Shown here: piece by piece, positions 48,879 to 61,636 of the stretch
Layout of the letters: each line of letters opens with the position of its first letter
Position numbering within the stretch: position 1 is the first letter of the stretch
NCBI RefSeq assembly: GCF_963921235.1
Contig: NC_086097.1
Span: 106,208,001 to 106,272,000 of the forward strand
DNA length: 64,000 nt
From: Mobula hypostoma
Taxonomy: Eukaryota
Direction of reading: 5' to 3'
Notes under the pieces: generated by a model
Databases searched by the model: none
What the model was told of the DNA's origin: nothing
What the model saw: only the letters and a program-made list of their open reading frames with translations
Made by a program: the position numbers and the translations under genes

Positions 48879-50257
48879 AGAATCAGAATCAGAATCAGAA
48901 TCCTTTATTATCGCCAAGTATGTGGACACATACAGGGAATTTGATGCCGGTTTCCCTGAGCTCTCGCTGTACAGAATCAAAAAGCAAACAAAACAATAGT
49001 GCAAATAATCGTGAACTATATACAATGAGGTATACCTGTGTATGTACAGGTGAACTTGGTTTATAATAGACTAAAATTCAAGTGTTCATAAGACTGATGG
49101 CATACGGAAAGAAACTGTTCTTGTACCTATTTGTCCTGGCATACAGTGATCTAAAGCGCCTACCAGAAGGAAGGAGTTGGAACAGGTGATGTCCAGGGTG
49201 TGATGGGTCTACAATGATGCTGCTTGCTCGCTTCCTGACTCTAGATGCATATAAGTCCCGGATCGAGGGCAGCTTCACACCAATAATCCTTTCCGTAGCC
49301 CTGACGGTTCTTTGGAGTCTATTCTTGTCTTGTTTGGTAGCTGATCCAAACCAGACAGTGATGGACAAACAGAGAACAGACTGGATTATTCCTGAGTAGA
49401 ATTGAATCAGCAGCTCCTGAGGCAGGCTGTACTTCCTGAGTTGACGTAGGAAATACAACCTCTGCTGAGCCTTTTTGATAAGAGTGTCCGCGTTGGGTGT
49501 CCACTTCAGGTCCTGGAAGATCGTGACACCCAGAAACCTGAAGGTCTCCACAGCAGACACAATCCTGTTAAGTATAGTGAGTGGGGGGAGTATTGGGGGG
49601 CTCCTCCTGAAGTCCACTGTCATCTCCACAGTCCTGAGGGTATTTAGCTCCAGATTGTTCTGACCACACCAGAGGGCCAGTCATTCCACCATCCGTCTGT
49701 ATGCAGACTCATCACCGTCTCGGATAAGACCAATGACAGTTGTGTCGTCTGCAAACTTCAGGAGTTTAACAGATGGATCCTATGAGGTGCAGTCATTAGT
49801 GTAAAGGGAGAAGAGCAGTGGGGAGAGCACACATCCCTGGGGGGCACCGGTACTGATTGTCCAGGTGCTAGAAATGATGCTCCCCAGCCTCACCTGCTGC
49901 ACCCTGTCAGTCAGGAAGCTTGTGATCCACTGACAGATGGCGGGGGAGACTGTGAGCTGGGTGAGTTTGGAGTAGAGAATTTCTGGGATGATGGTGTTGA
50001 ATGCCGAGCTGAACTCAACAAACAGGACCCTCGTAGAAGTTCCTGGGTTGTCGAGGTGTTGTAGTATGTAATGCAGTCCCATGTTGACTGCATCATCCAC
50101 TGACCTATTTGCCTGATAAGCAAACTGCAGGGGGTCCAGCAGGCGGCCTGTAATGTCCTTCAGGTGAACCAACACTAGTCTCTCAAAGGACTTCAGGACC
50201 ACAGATGTCAAGGCAACAGGCCTGTAGACATTTAGTCCCTTGAGAGGCAGTCTTCTT
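48879..50257 (-). mobile_element. Rex1/Babar LINE, 5'-truncated, well preserved
   Basis: YRPVALTSVVLKSFERL, LDPLQFAY, FSSAFNTI, GAPQGCVLSPLLFSLYTNDC, KFADDTT, KKAQQRLYFLRQL; (GATTCT)n tail. Confidence 0.95.
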
Positions 50258-51234
50258 GGCTTTGTCATCTAGGGTTGAGGCTACTGAGCTCATGCTGAAA
50301 TGATACAGTTCACTGCCTCTAATTATAGAAGTGTTCGAGAGAAACCTCCAAGTCCATCTGCAAAGCTTGCTGCTTTCCACTGTCATTCAGCAATGACTTT
50401 CCGCACTGTATGTAGGATGTGAAAGAGAGTACAAAACCTGCTCCAAGCAGGAAGGGGTTGCTGAGGTTAACCTTCCCCTTTAACCTCTTCTGTGGCAAGG
50501 ATTATTCCCCCCTCAGGACATTGAGTTTATGCGATAAGCTGTGGGCCATCACAAAACTAAGACATGCTGCATGGCTCCTCCAGTGTGGTCCAAGAAATGG
50601 AGATGTTTTCAGCACCAATCTGTCTTACTGATCATCAAGTTTTACTGATTGCAAGCATGGTTTTCATTGAATGTTATATTATATCCCTTCCATTGCTGGT
50701 GAACAGCTCCTGTTGCTCTAAGTCCATTTGCAGAGTCCTTTACTTTCTCACTATGACACATTCAAAAGGACTGACATGTTTGAGACCCAAGTGTCAAAAG
50801 TTTTGAAGCTAGCAGTTTCTTTGCACTTGCTTTCTTACCCTTGTAGATTTTGAAAAAAATTAGCGCAAAACACTTACAAAATGGTAGCAAAATGCAAGAG
50901 AACTAGCCACTGACCGGTGCTTAGTGAATGTTTTCTTAAGCAGTACTGGTGAGGACTTCCTGATTCTGTACAGTTGCACAAGGTTAAGTAAGAACATCGC
51001 CTGGAGTTTTGAAATGGCAACTTTAGTGTCAAACTAGTGTTGTATACTCTGTCTGCTCAACCCAGCTCTGGTGGAAGTGTCCTATATTCAAAACCTTAAC
51101 ATCTCTGTGAAACGAAATTGCTCATTTATAATGATTACCCGAGAATGCTTTGCTTCAGAGAAAAAGACAAGAGAGCTAATTGAATTCTCATTTCAAGGGT
51201 GACACTAGCTTAAATATTTATTACAAAAATTATC

Positions 51235-51787
51235 ATAAAGTCACCCATGATAACAACCCTGTTATTTTTGCACTTTTCCAAAATCTGTCTCCCAATCTGC
51301 TCCTCTGTATCTCTGCTGCTACCAGGGGGCCTATAGAATACCCCCAGTAGAGTAACTGCTCCCTTCCTGTCGTGACTTCCACCCATATTGACTCAAAAGA
51401 GGATCCTGCTACATTACCCACCCTTTCTGTAGCTGTAATAGTATCCTTGACCAGTAATGCCACCCCTCCTCCCCTTTTTCTGCCCTCTCTATCCCTTTTA
51501 AAGCACTGAAATCCAGGAATATTGAGAATCCATTCCTGCCCTGGTGCCAGCCAAGTCTCTGTAATGGCCACTACATCATAATTCCATGTATGTATCCAAG
51601 CTCTCAGTTCATCACCTTTGTTCCTGATGCTTCTTGGATTGAGGTACACACATTTCAGCCCTTCTCCCTTACTGTCTTTACACCGTTTATTCTGCTTCTC
51701 TTTCCTCAAAGCCTCTCTGTATGTTAGATCTGGCTTTACTTCATGCACTTCTTTCACTGCTCTATCGCTCTGGGTCCCATCCCCCTC
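51235..51787 (-). mobile_element. CR1 endonuclease-region fragment, near-identical to 46897-47450
   Basis: Colinear copy carrying the same frameshift after IWVEV. Confidence 0.92.
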
Positions 51788-51789
51788 CA

Positions 51790-52105
51790 TCCTGGCGCTT
51801 ATACCTCATCACTCATATAATTTCACATCTGCCCTTACAACTCATCACTCATCACAGGGTCCCAAACAGTCCTTCCAGGTGAGAGTCTGTCAGGGCTATC
51901 TATCGGATCCAGTGCTCCAGGGCACAGCCTCCTCTACATTCGTGAGAACCAGCACAGATTGGAGGTGTGGGGGCACATTGTTGAGCATCTTCACCTTGTC
52001 CACCGCAAAAGGCAGCATCTCCCAGTGGCTCCTCATTTTATAATGGACATTCACTGTCCCGGGCTTGGAGGCCTTTCTTCTTTTTATGTCAAGCTCAGGT
52101 TTCTA
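51790..52105 (+). mobile_element. Degenerate PLE GIY-YIG fragment
   Basis: cagggtcccaaacagtccttccaggtgag and atctcccagtggc match 63327-63520. Confidence 0.75.
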
Positions 52106-53084
52106 ACATAGCTGCTAAAACTTCCAGAGCTCAAAGGACTGTTTTCGAATAAGATAAAGTTCCAACCAATATTCTTTGATTAGCTTCTTGTCATAAACAA
52201 GAGCCAGTCTTCACTTCTTAATGTAGATGGGAAATAATCAGTTTGAAGTTACAGCTTGGCAAACACATTGTCTATAGAACACAGGTTGCTGGTTAACAGC
52301 ACCTGGGTTGACACATCAAGGGCTCAACTGTAAGACAATGTGGCTATCTAATTGGGCTCATTTCAAACCAGACAATGTGGCTAAGTTATTTAATTGAAGG
52401 AAACTTGCAGACCAGACCACTTGGCACATTAATAGCTGATCTGTTAATAGATGGAAGGTTTGTGTGCTCAGAGTCAGCTTCACAGCGTTTATTGCAGGTA
52501 CCTGGGAACTCTGTCTCCAGAAGCTCTTGGACTGTTTGTGTAAAAAATTATCTAAAAAATTCATGTATCACCCAAGTAGCAGAGAAACAGTAGAATGTAG
52601 AGAGGAGTCAGGTTTATTAGGAATGGTCAAGGAACATCAAGAGGAATGACAGTAACATGGGATGAACGTGTTCATTCCTCTGCCTTCAATTTCTGTGACA
52701 GATAATTTGTTCCTCTGCAACTTATCAGTATGTCTTTTTAGCATATAGGGATAGTATCTGTACTTTGGAAGTCCTTTATGTTTTAGAAATGGTTTGTAAT
52801 TTGGAAAACTTTATTAAGATAGAAAACCTCTGTGAGTTTTATGTGTCTTCAGAATTTTGTTTGAATATAAACATGTATCACTGATATTGAATGAACTGCG
52901 TTTAAGCTACTTTGTTAGCTGGAAGTATCTCCTCCTTGGCAGGAAATGGGAGAAGCCACTGCTCAAATAGTCAGTACTGGCATCTAAACTCACCATGGGG
53001 AATAAACAGGGAAGTGAACTAGTTTTTAAAGAGTAAGTAGTCACAGTATAACCACCCTTTAGTAAGGGTATCCTTAGCTGTCTA

Positions 53085-53630
53085 TATCAGAGAGGACTTA
53101 AGGAGGAGCAACTCATATTCTGTCTGGCTAGCCTGACGGCATGTACATGAATTTCTTTAACTTTTGGTAATTTCTTCCTCCTCCCCCCAACCCCCGCTCT
53201 ATTTCCTTCCCTCATTCTGGTTACCCTCTCACTCCATCTCTTCTCTTCCCCTGCCCATTATTTCTCTCTAGTTCAACTATTCCTATTCCTTCTCTTTATT
53301 CCATGGTCCACTGTCTGCTCATATTAGATTCTTTCATCTTCAGCCTGTCACTCTTTCCTCCCACCCCCCCATCCACTTCATCTTTTACTTCATCCACCTC
53401 CCCACCCCCAGCTTCCCCCTCACTTGGTTTCACCTATCATCTGTCAGCTTGTACTTCTTTCCATTCCCACCTTCTTATCTGGCTTCTGTCCCCTTCCTTT
53501 TCAGTCCCAATGAAGGATCTTGAACCAAAATGTCAACTGTTTATTCCCCTCCTCAGAGCTGTCTGATTTGCTGAGTTCCTCCAATGTTTTGTGCACGTTG
53601 TTCAAGGTTTCTAGCATCTGCAGAATCTCT
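53085..53630 (+). mobile_element. PLE 3' region, degenerate
   Basis: ggaggagcaa...tctggctagcctgacggcatg, then a pyrimidine tract, an eroded hammerhead (~53502-53540) and gctgagttcctcc. Confidence 0.75.
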
Positions 53631-53938
53631 TCTGATCAAATCTATTTGTTCAAGCTGAGTAAAATATGGTGCTTGTACCACTGACATTTCATCAGTTATG
53701 CCCTTAGGCCTATTGTGCACATTGAAATAGTCAGTTTATACAATGGGTTAAAATGAACCTCAAATGGAGTCAAATAATAGGTTTCTCATAGCTGAATATT
53801 TGCTTGAAATGTTAGCTCTCTATCTATTTTACAAATTGGCTTGGTGTTAGGAAGTAAAACAGGGTTGTTTTCAGACTGGAAGCCTGTACCAGTGGTGTGC
53901 TGTAAGGTCAGCGATGGGTCTCAGCTGTTTGTCATATA

Positions 53939-54879
53939 CAGGGGATCCTGGTTAGTTGGGCCAACAGTTAATCAAGGCAGCAACTTATTTGGGAAATTCT
54001 TAAAGAATTAAGACTAATCAAGAAAATAGTCGGGATTCCCTTAGTTTATTTGGAAAACTGTGTCACTTAATTGGGACGGGAGACTGTTGCCGAGCTGTTA
54101 CTAACTAGCAACAGTCACATGCTGGTGTGTGGCTGTTAGACATTACACTGTGCTTAGGGCGAATAGTTTTTAAATAGTGTCAGTTGCATGTGTTTGTCCC
54201 AAAAAAGCAGTGACTTTTGTCACTGGTGATGGGCGAGAAAAAAGCAGAATGACATTTCGGAACAGAGTCCTGATGAAGGATCTCCACCCGAACGTCGACC
54301 GTACTTTTTTTATAGAAGCTGGCAAGCCTGCTGAGTTCCTCCAGCATTTTGTGTCTGTTGTTCAGAACTGCATTGCTCACTGCAGTTTCAAGCATTCGTG
54401 CTTGGAGATATGAGGGACGGTTGGGTGTGAAAATGAAACAATTTCACTACTTCAACAAGTTAGGAACTACAAAAAATTTGAAGGTATCCACAATTATCTT
54501 GTATGTTACAATGAAAATGAAGATTTGGAGGATACAATTGTCAAATGCATTGTTTGAAGCCAGTCCATTATCTGCACTAGGTGTTTGTATTGATTTTGTT
54601 CATTTACAGTCAATCAAATGAATAGAGCACAGGATGAATTGTGCCATTGTTAACTATTAGGAACTAATACATAGTTTTATAGTACTGTAATAGTATTGAT
54701 AATGTTCTAATTTGTTCCGTATTTCATTTAAATACATAATTTGTTACTCAGTTAAATGGCAGTTTGCTTTTTTTATACCTTTTTATCTGTCTTCATGAAA
54801 CTTCGGCTAACTGGGGTGGCCGTTGAATTGGGCCAGAATATAATGGTCCCGATGCATCCCAATTAAGCAGAATGCACTG
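53939..54879. mobile_element. Tc1/mariner-superfamily (Tigger-like) MITE
   Basis: TA TSD; TIRs CAGGGGATCCTGGTTAGTTGGG / CAGTGCATTCTGCTTAATTGGG. Confidence 0.8.
54265..54362 (+). mobile_element. PLE terminus with a near-intact hammerhead motif, nested in the MITE
   Basis: GAGTC-CTGATGA-AGGATCTCCACCC-GAAC-GTC-GAC (one A lost from GAAA), followed by cctgctgagttcctccagcattttgtg. Confidence 0.75.
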
Positions 54880-55204
54880 TATATAAATGATGTATCGATG
54901 AGAATTATTAGTAAGTTTGCAGATCAAAATTGAAGTTGATGACACAAAATTGGTGTATGGTGGACAGTGAAAAAGGTTATCTTAGGTTACAACAGGACAT
55001 TGATCATCTGGGAAATGGACACATGGAATGACATTGGAAGTTAATGACAAGTGTGAAGTGATGCATTTTGGGATGGTACACCAGATGGGCATTTTGGGAT
55101 GGACGTACACAGTTAATGGCATTCCCCTGGAAAATTTTGTAGAACAGGGAGACCTAAGGGCACATCAGAGATAGAAGAGACTCGAGTCTATCAGAGATAG
55201 AAGA

Positions 55205-55340
55205 GACTCAGGATGCTGGAATATAAAGCAACAAACAATCTGTTGGAGGAGCCCGGTCCTGATGCAGGGTTTCAACATGAAATTTCAACGATTTGTTTCC
55301 TCTCACAGATGATGCTCAGCCTGCTGAATTCCTCCAGCGA
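55205..55340. mobile_element. Inverted pair of PLE termini
   Basis: gatgctggaat...ctgttggagga, then gtcctgatgcagggttt...cctgctgaattcctccagc. Confidence 0.65.
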
Positions 55341-57741
55341 GCTATTCATTGGCACAAGTTTATTATTTCCTGAAATTGCCAACACAGGTAGATAGGATGA
55401 TGAAGAAAGCACATGGAATGCCTGCCTTCATTGGCTGTGGCACGATACAAGAGTTGTGGTGTCATGTTGTGCTTGCAGAGAAGATTGGTTAGACTGCACC
55501 TGAAGCACTGTGTGCAGTTTTCGTCACCACGCCTTAGCAAGGATGTGATTAAGCCAGACAGAGTGCAGAAAAGGTTCACAGGAATGTTGCCTGGACTGGA
55601 GGACTTGAGTTATTCGAAGAGATTAGATAGACTGGGACTGTTTTCTCTGGATGAAGGAGGCTGGAGGGTAAGCTCATGAGGGGCTCAGAAGGGCAGGTAG
55701 TCACTGCCTTTTTCCCATGGTAGGAGAGTCTAAAGCTCAAGGGCTTAGGTTTAAGATGAGATGGGAAAGGTTTAAAGGGAACCTGAAGGCAAAATTTTTT
55801 ATACAGAGGAACGGACTGCCAGAGGAAATTGTAAAGATAGTAACATTTACAGTTGAAAGACCTTTGGAAAGGCACAGGGATAGGAAGGGTGTAGAGGGAT
55901 GTGGGCTAAACACAAACAGACAGGATTAGCTTGGTCAGCATAGATGTGTTGGACCAAGGAGGCGGTTTCTCTGCTGTATAAACTTTATAAATCTATGAAT
56001 CTAAATTTTGAATGTTAACATTATCATTATGCTGTGATGTGCATTATCTCAGTGAAATGGCTACAATATTAGCCCACCATTGTTGTAACTAATTAAAACT
56101 GAGCCACATGGAAGCTGTAACTGAGAAATATTAAAGTCCTTATTTTCACAGCAAACCTCCAGGACAGAGAGTGCAGGGAACCTCACTCTCCTGGCACGAT
56201 ATTTTATACTTTTCCAACACAAAGATGACAATAAACCATTAACTACAGTTTGAATTGCTATAATTACCTATTTAACTTTTACATTTGGAACATAGTCAGG
56301 TAAATTTACACAAATTACATATTTACAATGGCAACACATCCCAACTAGCAAAACCCCTTTGAATATCCAATACTGTTCCAAAAGACAGACACCCAATATA
56401 TATCCCTTTTGTTACAGCTCCATGAATATACAATTATCCAGAAGGTTAAATGACAAAATAAAATCTCTCCTGAACTGTGCATTAACTGCCAGGGATACAC
56501 CCCTAACAATACACAAGTAGCAGGAACATTAATCTATTACCCCTCCCTATGTAGTTTCAGGGAGACAGAAGTATCAGTGGGTTGTTAAATTGTGTACAAG
56601 TTTTATTTCCTGAAGATTGGTTGTTATTTTTGCCATAATTATGCTATCTATAATTTCAAAACCCCACAGTGATCCCAAATAACCATATCAATGTTAAACA
56701 ACAGCCAAAAGGTTCCAAGATCTTAACCAATATTTCAATCTGCAATGAGCAACTGATCTCAAAAAAATGCCTTTTTTGTGGTGAGGTCATAGCTGCTTAA
56801 GCATGCCTGTATTTATGATATTAAAGCAGTTTACTTGTTTGGGCAGATGTAAGGCATTCATATCCTGGAGATAGCAGCAGTCAAAGGAATTGCTGGTCCA
56901 ATTTCATACCTGTGATAATTTCATCTAGGAATGATTTTCAGCACAAGTAGGGTAAAATTGTTCTACATGTTGTCTAATAAACAGGCACATGATCCAATTT
57001 CTGGCCTTACTCTTTCTAACATGTTCGTGGAGATATGTTGGGTTCTGTTTCACCATCACAACATTCCATTGGAACAGTCTGATACTCTACACCTTTCTCA
57101 GACATATTCTAAACTTGATTTTTATTAATAAAGGAAAAGTTTTCATTTTCCTCTTACACTGTGGCACCACCAGTTGTTCCTAAACAGTGTTTGACACATG
57201 TTGACTTGTTTCTTTGTAATACTGGAGCACGGAGAAATTCCCAGAAACTTGCCTAGCTATCAGATTTTACATCTGGGTTAAAACAGTGAGTGTGGGCAGG
57301 CTGCTTGACTACAACAGCAGTCATAATTTGAAACGAGTCATGTCTTTGATCATAGTCATCAATGGTCAGTATGTGGAAAAGAAATTCTGGGCAATTTTCA
57401 CATTTTTGATTGCCTGTGCTGAGACCAAATACACCTACTCCTGGCTCCTACAGCTATGTGATAGCTCTTCAACTCAGTTTTACTTTACTCAGCCTGTCTA
57501 ACAAACAACCCACTGTGGTTTTAAGCCATATTCACTTTCAGTTTTATACCTGAGGTCTTAGTTTTCCCTATTTACTAAAGAGGAAACTTCAGGAATGGGA
57601 AACTCTCACGGGCATATTTTTTTAAAATACTCTCTCTCTATATATATATATATAGTAATATTATTTTTAATTATAACTTTTTCCTGTAGTAATAATCAGT
57701 AATACTGTTTTAAACTGATTCTAGCAATATAAATGAATAAA

Positions 57742-58112
57742 ACTGCAGATAATGAGCAACACACACTACACGCTGGAGGGACTCAGCAGGTCAGGCAGCA
57801 TCTATGGAAGAGAGTAAACAGTTGACGTTTTAGGCTGAGACTCTTCTTCAGAGCTGAGAAGGAAGGGGGAAGACCCTAGAGTAAAAAGGTGGGGGAGGGA
57901 AAGGAGACTAGCTGGAAGGTGAAGCCAGGTGGGTGGGAAAGGTCAAGGGCTGGAGAAGAAGGAATCTGATAGGGGAGGAAAGTGGACCATAGGAGAAAGG
58001 GAAGGAAGAGTGGACCCGGGGGAAGTGATAGGCAGGTCAGAAGAGGTAAAAGGCCAGAGTGGGGAATAGAAGCAGAGGGGAGGGAAAGGGAATTTTTTTT
58101 TTAACCGGATGA
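57742..58112 (-). mobile_element. PLE 3' region with an eroded hammerhead
   Basis: Homologous to 8530-8920; minus strand CTGAAGA-AGAGTCTCAGCCT-AAAACGTC-AACTG. Confidence 0.8.
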
Positions 58113-59629
58113 AAATTGCCATAATATTTTAATGTTTTTACAGCACCTACAGTATTTCCATTGAAATATATTTTTATGTCTGACATTCAAAAGGTCTTGA
58201 ATCTCAGAACTCTATCTCTTCTAGCTTAGAAGTTTGCCATAGTAGATTTAGAAGCTGCCGTTACATGATTATTATTCAACAGATCGTTTAAAACCGAGAT
58301 TAAAATTTATAGATCTCAACTTCAAAAAAATACAATCCACAAGAAATGCATTTTGACCAGATGATACATTAAACTTTCTGCTTTGACTTAAATTTGCAAA
58401 ATTCAAATGCAGTTGTGGTGCTTTATGAATCTTCAATATAATAGTAATTAATCATCCCAGCCCTTTCAGTTCTATATTTCATCATCTAGTTTCTGATATT
58501 CTCCCCCCAAGAGTATTCATTGCAAGATTTTAATTAACCTAGATTGCTTTGGGAAGATTTAGATCCATGTATCTTTAGAAGGGGAACAAGTAGAAAAAAA
58601 CACTCATATGACCTTTGCCATTTATAAATTAATAAATCTGACACAAAATTTACTTGCATTTAAAATCTGAGATAACCTAGTTAATCTAGTAATCAGTGGA
58701 AAAGAATGATAAATGCAGTCCTCCTTCAGTTCTGACCAGCTATACTTGATTCTTTTCTTTTTAACCCTTGGAAAGATTAAGAGGTCTCACCTATGTCCCT
58801 TAATATTACCAATATTCCCTGGGGTTGATAAATCACCAGAATTTTTCTTTAGAAATTAAATATTTACAAATAATTTCAAAATCAAATTCACTGATATATT
58901 TGAAAAATTGTTTGGGATCTGGAAAATGCATATTTTTTAATCTTCAAAAAACAGAAATATATTTTTGCCTATTGGCAAATGGTTACAGTGAATGACAAGT
59001 GGCTGTCTAGTCTGGAATAACAGAAATATAAAGAAAAGTGTTATTAACAGAAACTCACTAACGAGATAATAAACCACCTGAATAATGAGTGAGAAGTGGT
59101 ACAGAGTAAATCCAAATGAAGGGAATGCTGTCTGAACTGTTTTTAATCTTCCCAAGTTAATAGATGTAACAGAATTCTTTAAGCCACAAATTGCTGGGAC
59201 ACAATTGCAATTCATGTGGGTACTTTGACACAGATAAAGTAGGGGATCTGTTACAAAGTGCCATTGTGAGAAAGATGTCACTCATTTACATTATTCTTTA
59301 TATTCAAAGGTATAATGTCTCTAAATTCTAATTAAAATGCACTACGATTGAGTAGCTATGCTAGATTTCACAGCAAGATCAGGGGTTGAGAGACAGTAAT
59401 CAGGATACTGTTAGGAAATATTTGAGAACTATATCAAAGGTGAAAGTCATAGGGGCTACAGATCAATTAGTCATACAGATACATCTGAAAATCAAGATTA
59501 GAGGGATGTGGTGGTGTTTCTTTTGGTGTGGGAAGAGCTCAAAAATGATTCAAAATACTTCACTTACATTGTAAATATTCCAATTTGGCACTGGAGTTGC
59601 TATTATAATAATACCTATTTCAAAAACAA

Positions 59630-59794
59630 TGTTATATATATATATATAAAACTATGTGAATTACATACGTTATCATGCTACCACGTGATATGTGCACGCC
59701 TCACTTAATGTAAACCCATAGTTAGACTCACATTTCAGACTCCCATGCTTTCACTTGAATTAGTTTAATGTTTTGAAGTAACCCACAGGACACA
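59630..59794 (+). mobile_element. Solo LTR related to the Gypsy element at 17252-22159
   Basis: gtgcacgcctcacttaatgtaaa...cagactcc...attagttt...gtaac matches the reverse complement of 17252-17338; TG start. Confidence 0.55.
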
Positions 59795-61636
59795 TGTAAT
59801 CCAAGTTCCCCTTCAGTCTAGTGCTTTAGAAGATGCAGGTGAATCCCCAATACCCAAAATCACGCCGGGCTTGCAAGGGTCACTCATAATATCAGCAACC
59901 TTGTCATTGTTATTACTGTGTTTTACTTCATAAAGTACTGATTTTCAACTACATAATGCTAGAGAGACACTGTTATGCAACTGAATTTCCTGGCTGAGGT
60001 TTCCTAGAATGATATTCCTCTTTGAATTTTGCTTCCTCTCGTTTGTAGTAATTTCTTTTCATAGATTATTGCACATGAAGATAGATGGAGGGTATTGTAA
60101 TGTATGATGCAATGAGTTATGACTTTATCTGCATTTAAAAAAAAACTATAGCCCAAGGAGGAACAAGTTTAAAGTATAAAAATATAACCACAGGATGGGA
60201 TAAAACTATCAGCCAGTGTGTTTTCCTGTTTGGTTTTAATCTACATTTAATTAAATTCTTATCTTTAGTGTGCTCGTGGCAGCATTTCAATGGAAAGATT
60301 GAATTTATTGGGAATGGTGCAACTAAAGCCTTGAGTGTGCAGCCTTTTAGAAACATACAGGACTAAAAGAAACAATCTTTACTGCACACAAACACTGAAG
60401 TCTGCTTTTCTTAAAATATAAAAATGTAAATAATATGAACAGGTTGATAGTAATGGTCAGCTCTAAATTTAAGTTGATTCAATATTCAGCTGGAATTGTG
60501 ATTAGGTCCCTGGATTCATTAGCCCAATCTAGTTCAATCTTTTAAACCCCCTCACCTCCAAACCCGTGGGTGGTTTATCATCAAGATGGTGTTGCATTTC
60601 TCATTAATATGCTTTGTGCTTTAATATTCTTCTGGAGAAAGATTTTATTGAAGGTGCCTTTTCCTCCAGAATTCACAGATTACATTTGGAAAGGGGAAAA
60701 AGAACTAAGTTACTACAACCATTCAATGATGTCTGGAGTGACATGTACCTGAATATTTTATCTGCATGAGTATATTTGCTGACATGGTTTCCATTTGCAC
60801 CATGGATTCTGGATGCGGAGTAAGGTTTGTATTAGGTTTCAAAGTATCAACCTGGAAATTCTTCTGTTTATTTAACATGTCACTCACTGAACAGGAATCT
60901 ATGGTAGATTCGCAGGACACTTGAGGGGAGTGTTATTTTTTCATGCAAGGTGCATTATAAATCCTCCACATTATAGTCCTGTTTTCTTACATGTAAAAGC
61001 ACAGAGAAATTGAATATTAGTTCCAAAATATCACAACATGGACATTTGCTGTGCTATCTATCAGCATGGGAGTTAGTAATTGGAATTTACATTCCGAGGT
61101 GCACCACAATATTGCTCTGTGTTGTGCATATGCTGAATCACGTCCCATTAAATATATTGGGGAAATTGGTTCCAAACTAGTGAATAAAACCAATACCCGA
61201 GTGGCTTCCCCTTCACAAGCTTCATCAATTACTACCTGCTGGGTTTCAACATGCACAGCGTGAATTTTATTTAGTTGGTGGCAGTCTGCTGTGCAGTAAC
61301 CATAATAGGGCAAGGACATTAGCTTTACACATTAAAGCTACCATGCAGCAGATGGGGGTCTAGGGAAAAGGAAGCAGCTCAATTCTCAAAAATGAGTTGT
61401 ATGCCTGGAGGCAGGTTGTGTGTGTGGAAGTTGGTGGGGAGTTGTCAGGAGCCTTGCCAGTGCTATGAAAAGAAGAGTCCAGCAGTAGAGGCTTGGAGTG
61501 ACACTGTTTCTTTTCAGTCACAAAGCCAGAGGAAAGGGGCAATAATAAAGAAAAAAATTACAGTAAGTTTATTTATTTATTGAGATGCAGCGCAGAATAG
61601 GTCCTTCCGATCTTTCAAGCCACACTGCCCAGCAAC

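Larger units (their letters stand above)
53830..55985 (+). mobile_element. Old CR1 LINE, interrupted by a DNA transposon and PLE termini
   Basis: LFVI|YIND motif split at a TA by the MITE; LVRLHLKHCVQFSSP, RVQKRFTGMLPGL. Confidence 0.85.

Noticed and set aside
60723..60920. 65-aa minus-strand ORF with a possible donor near 60748
   Set aside because: No recognisable homology or clear acceptor; insufficient support for an exon.
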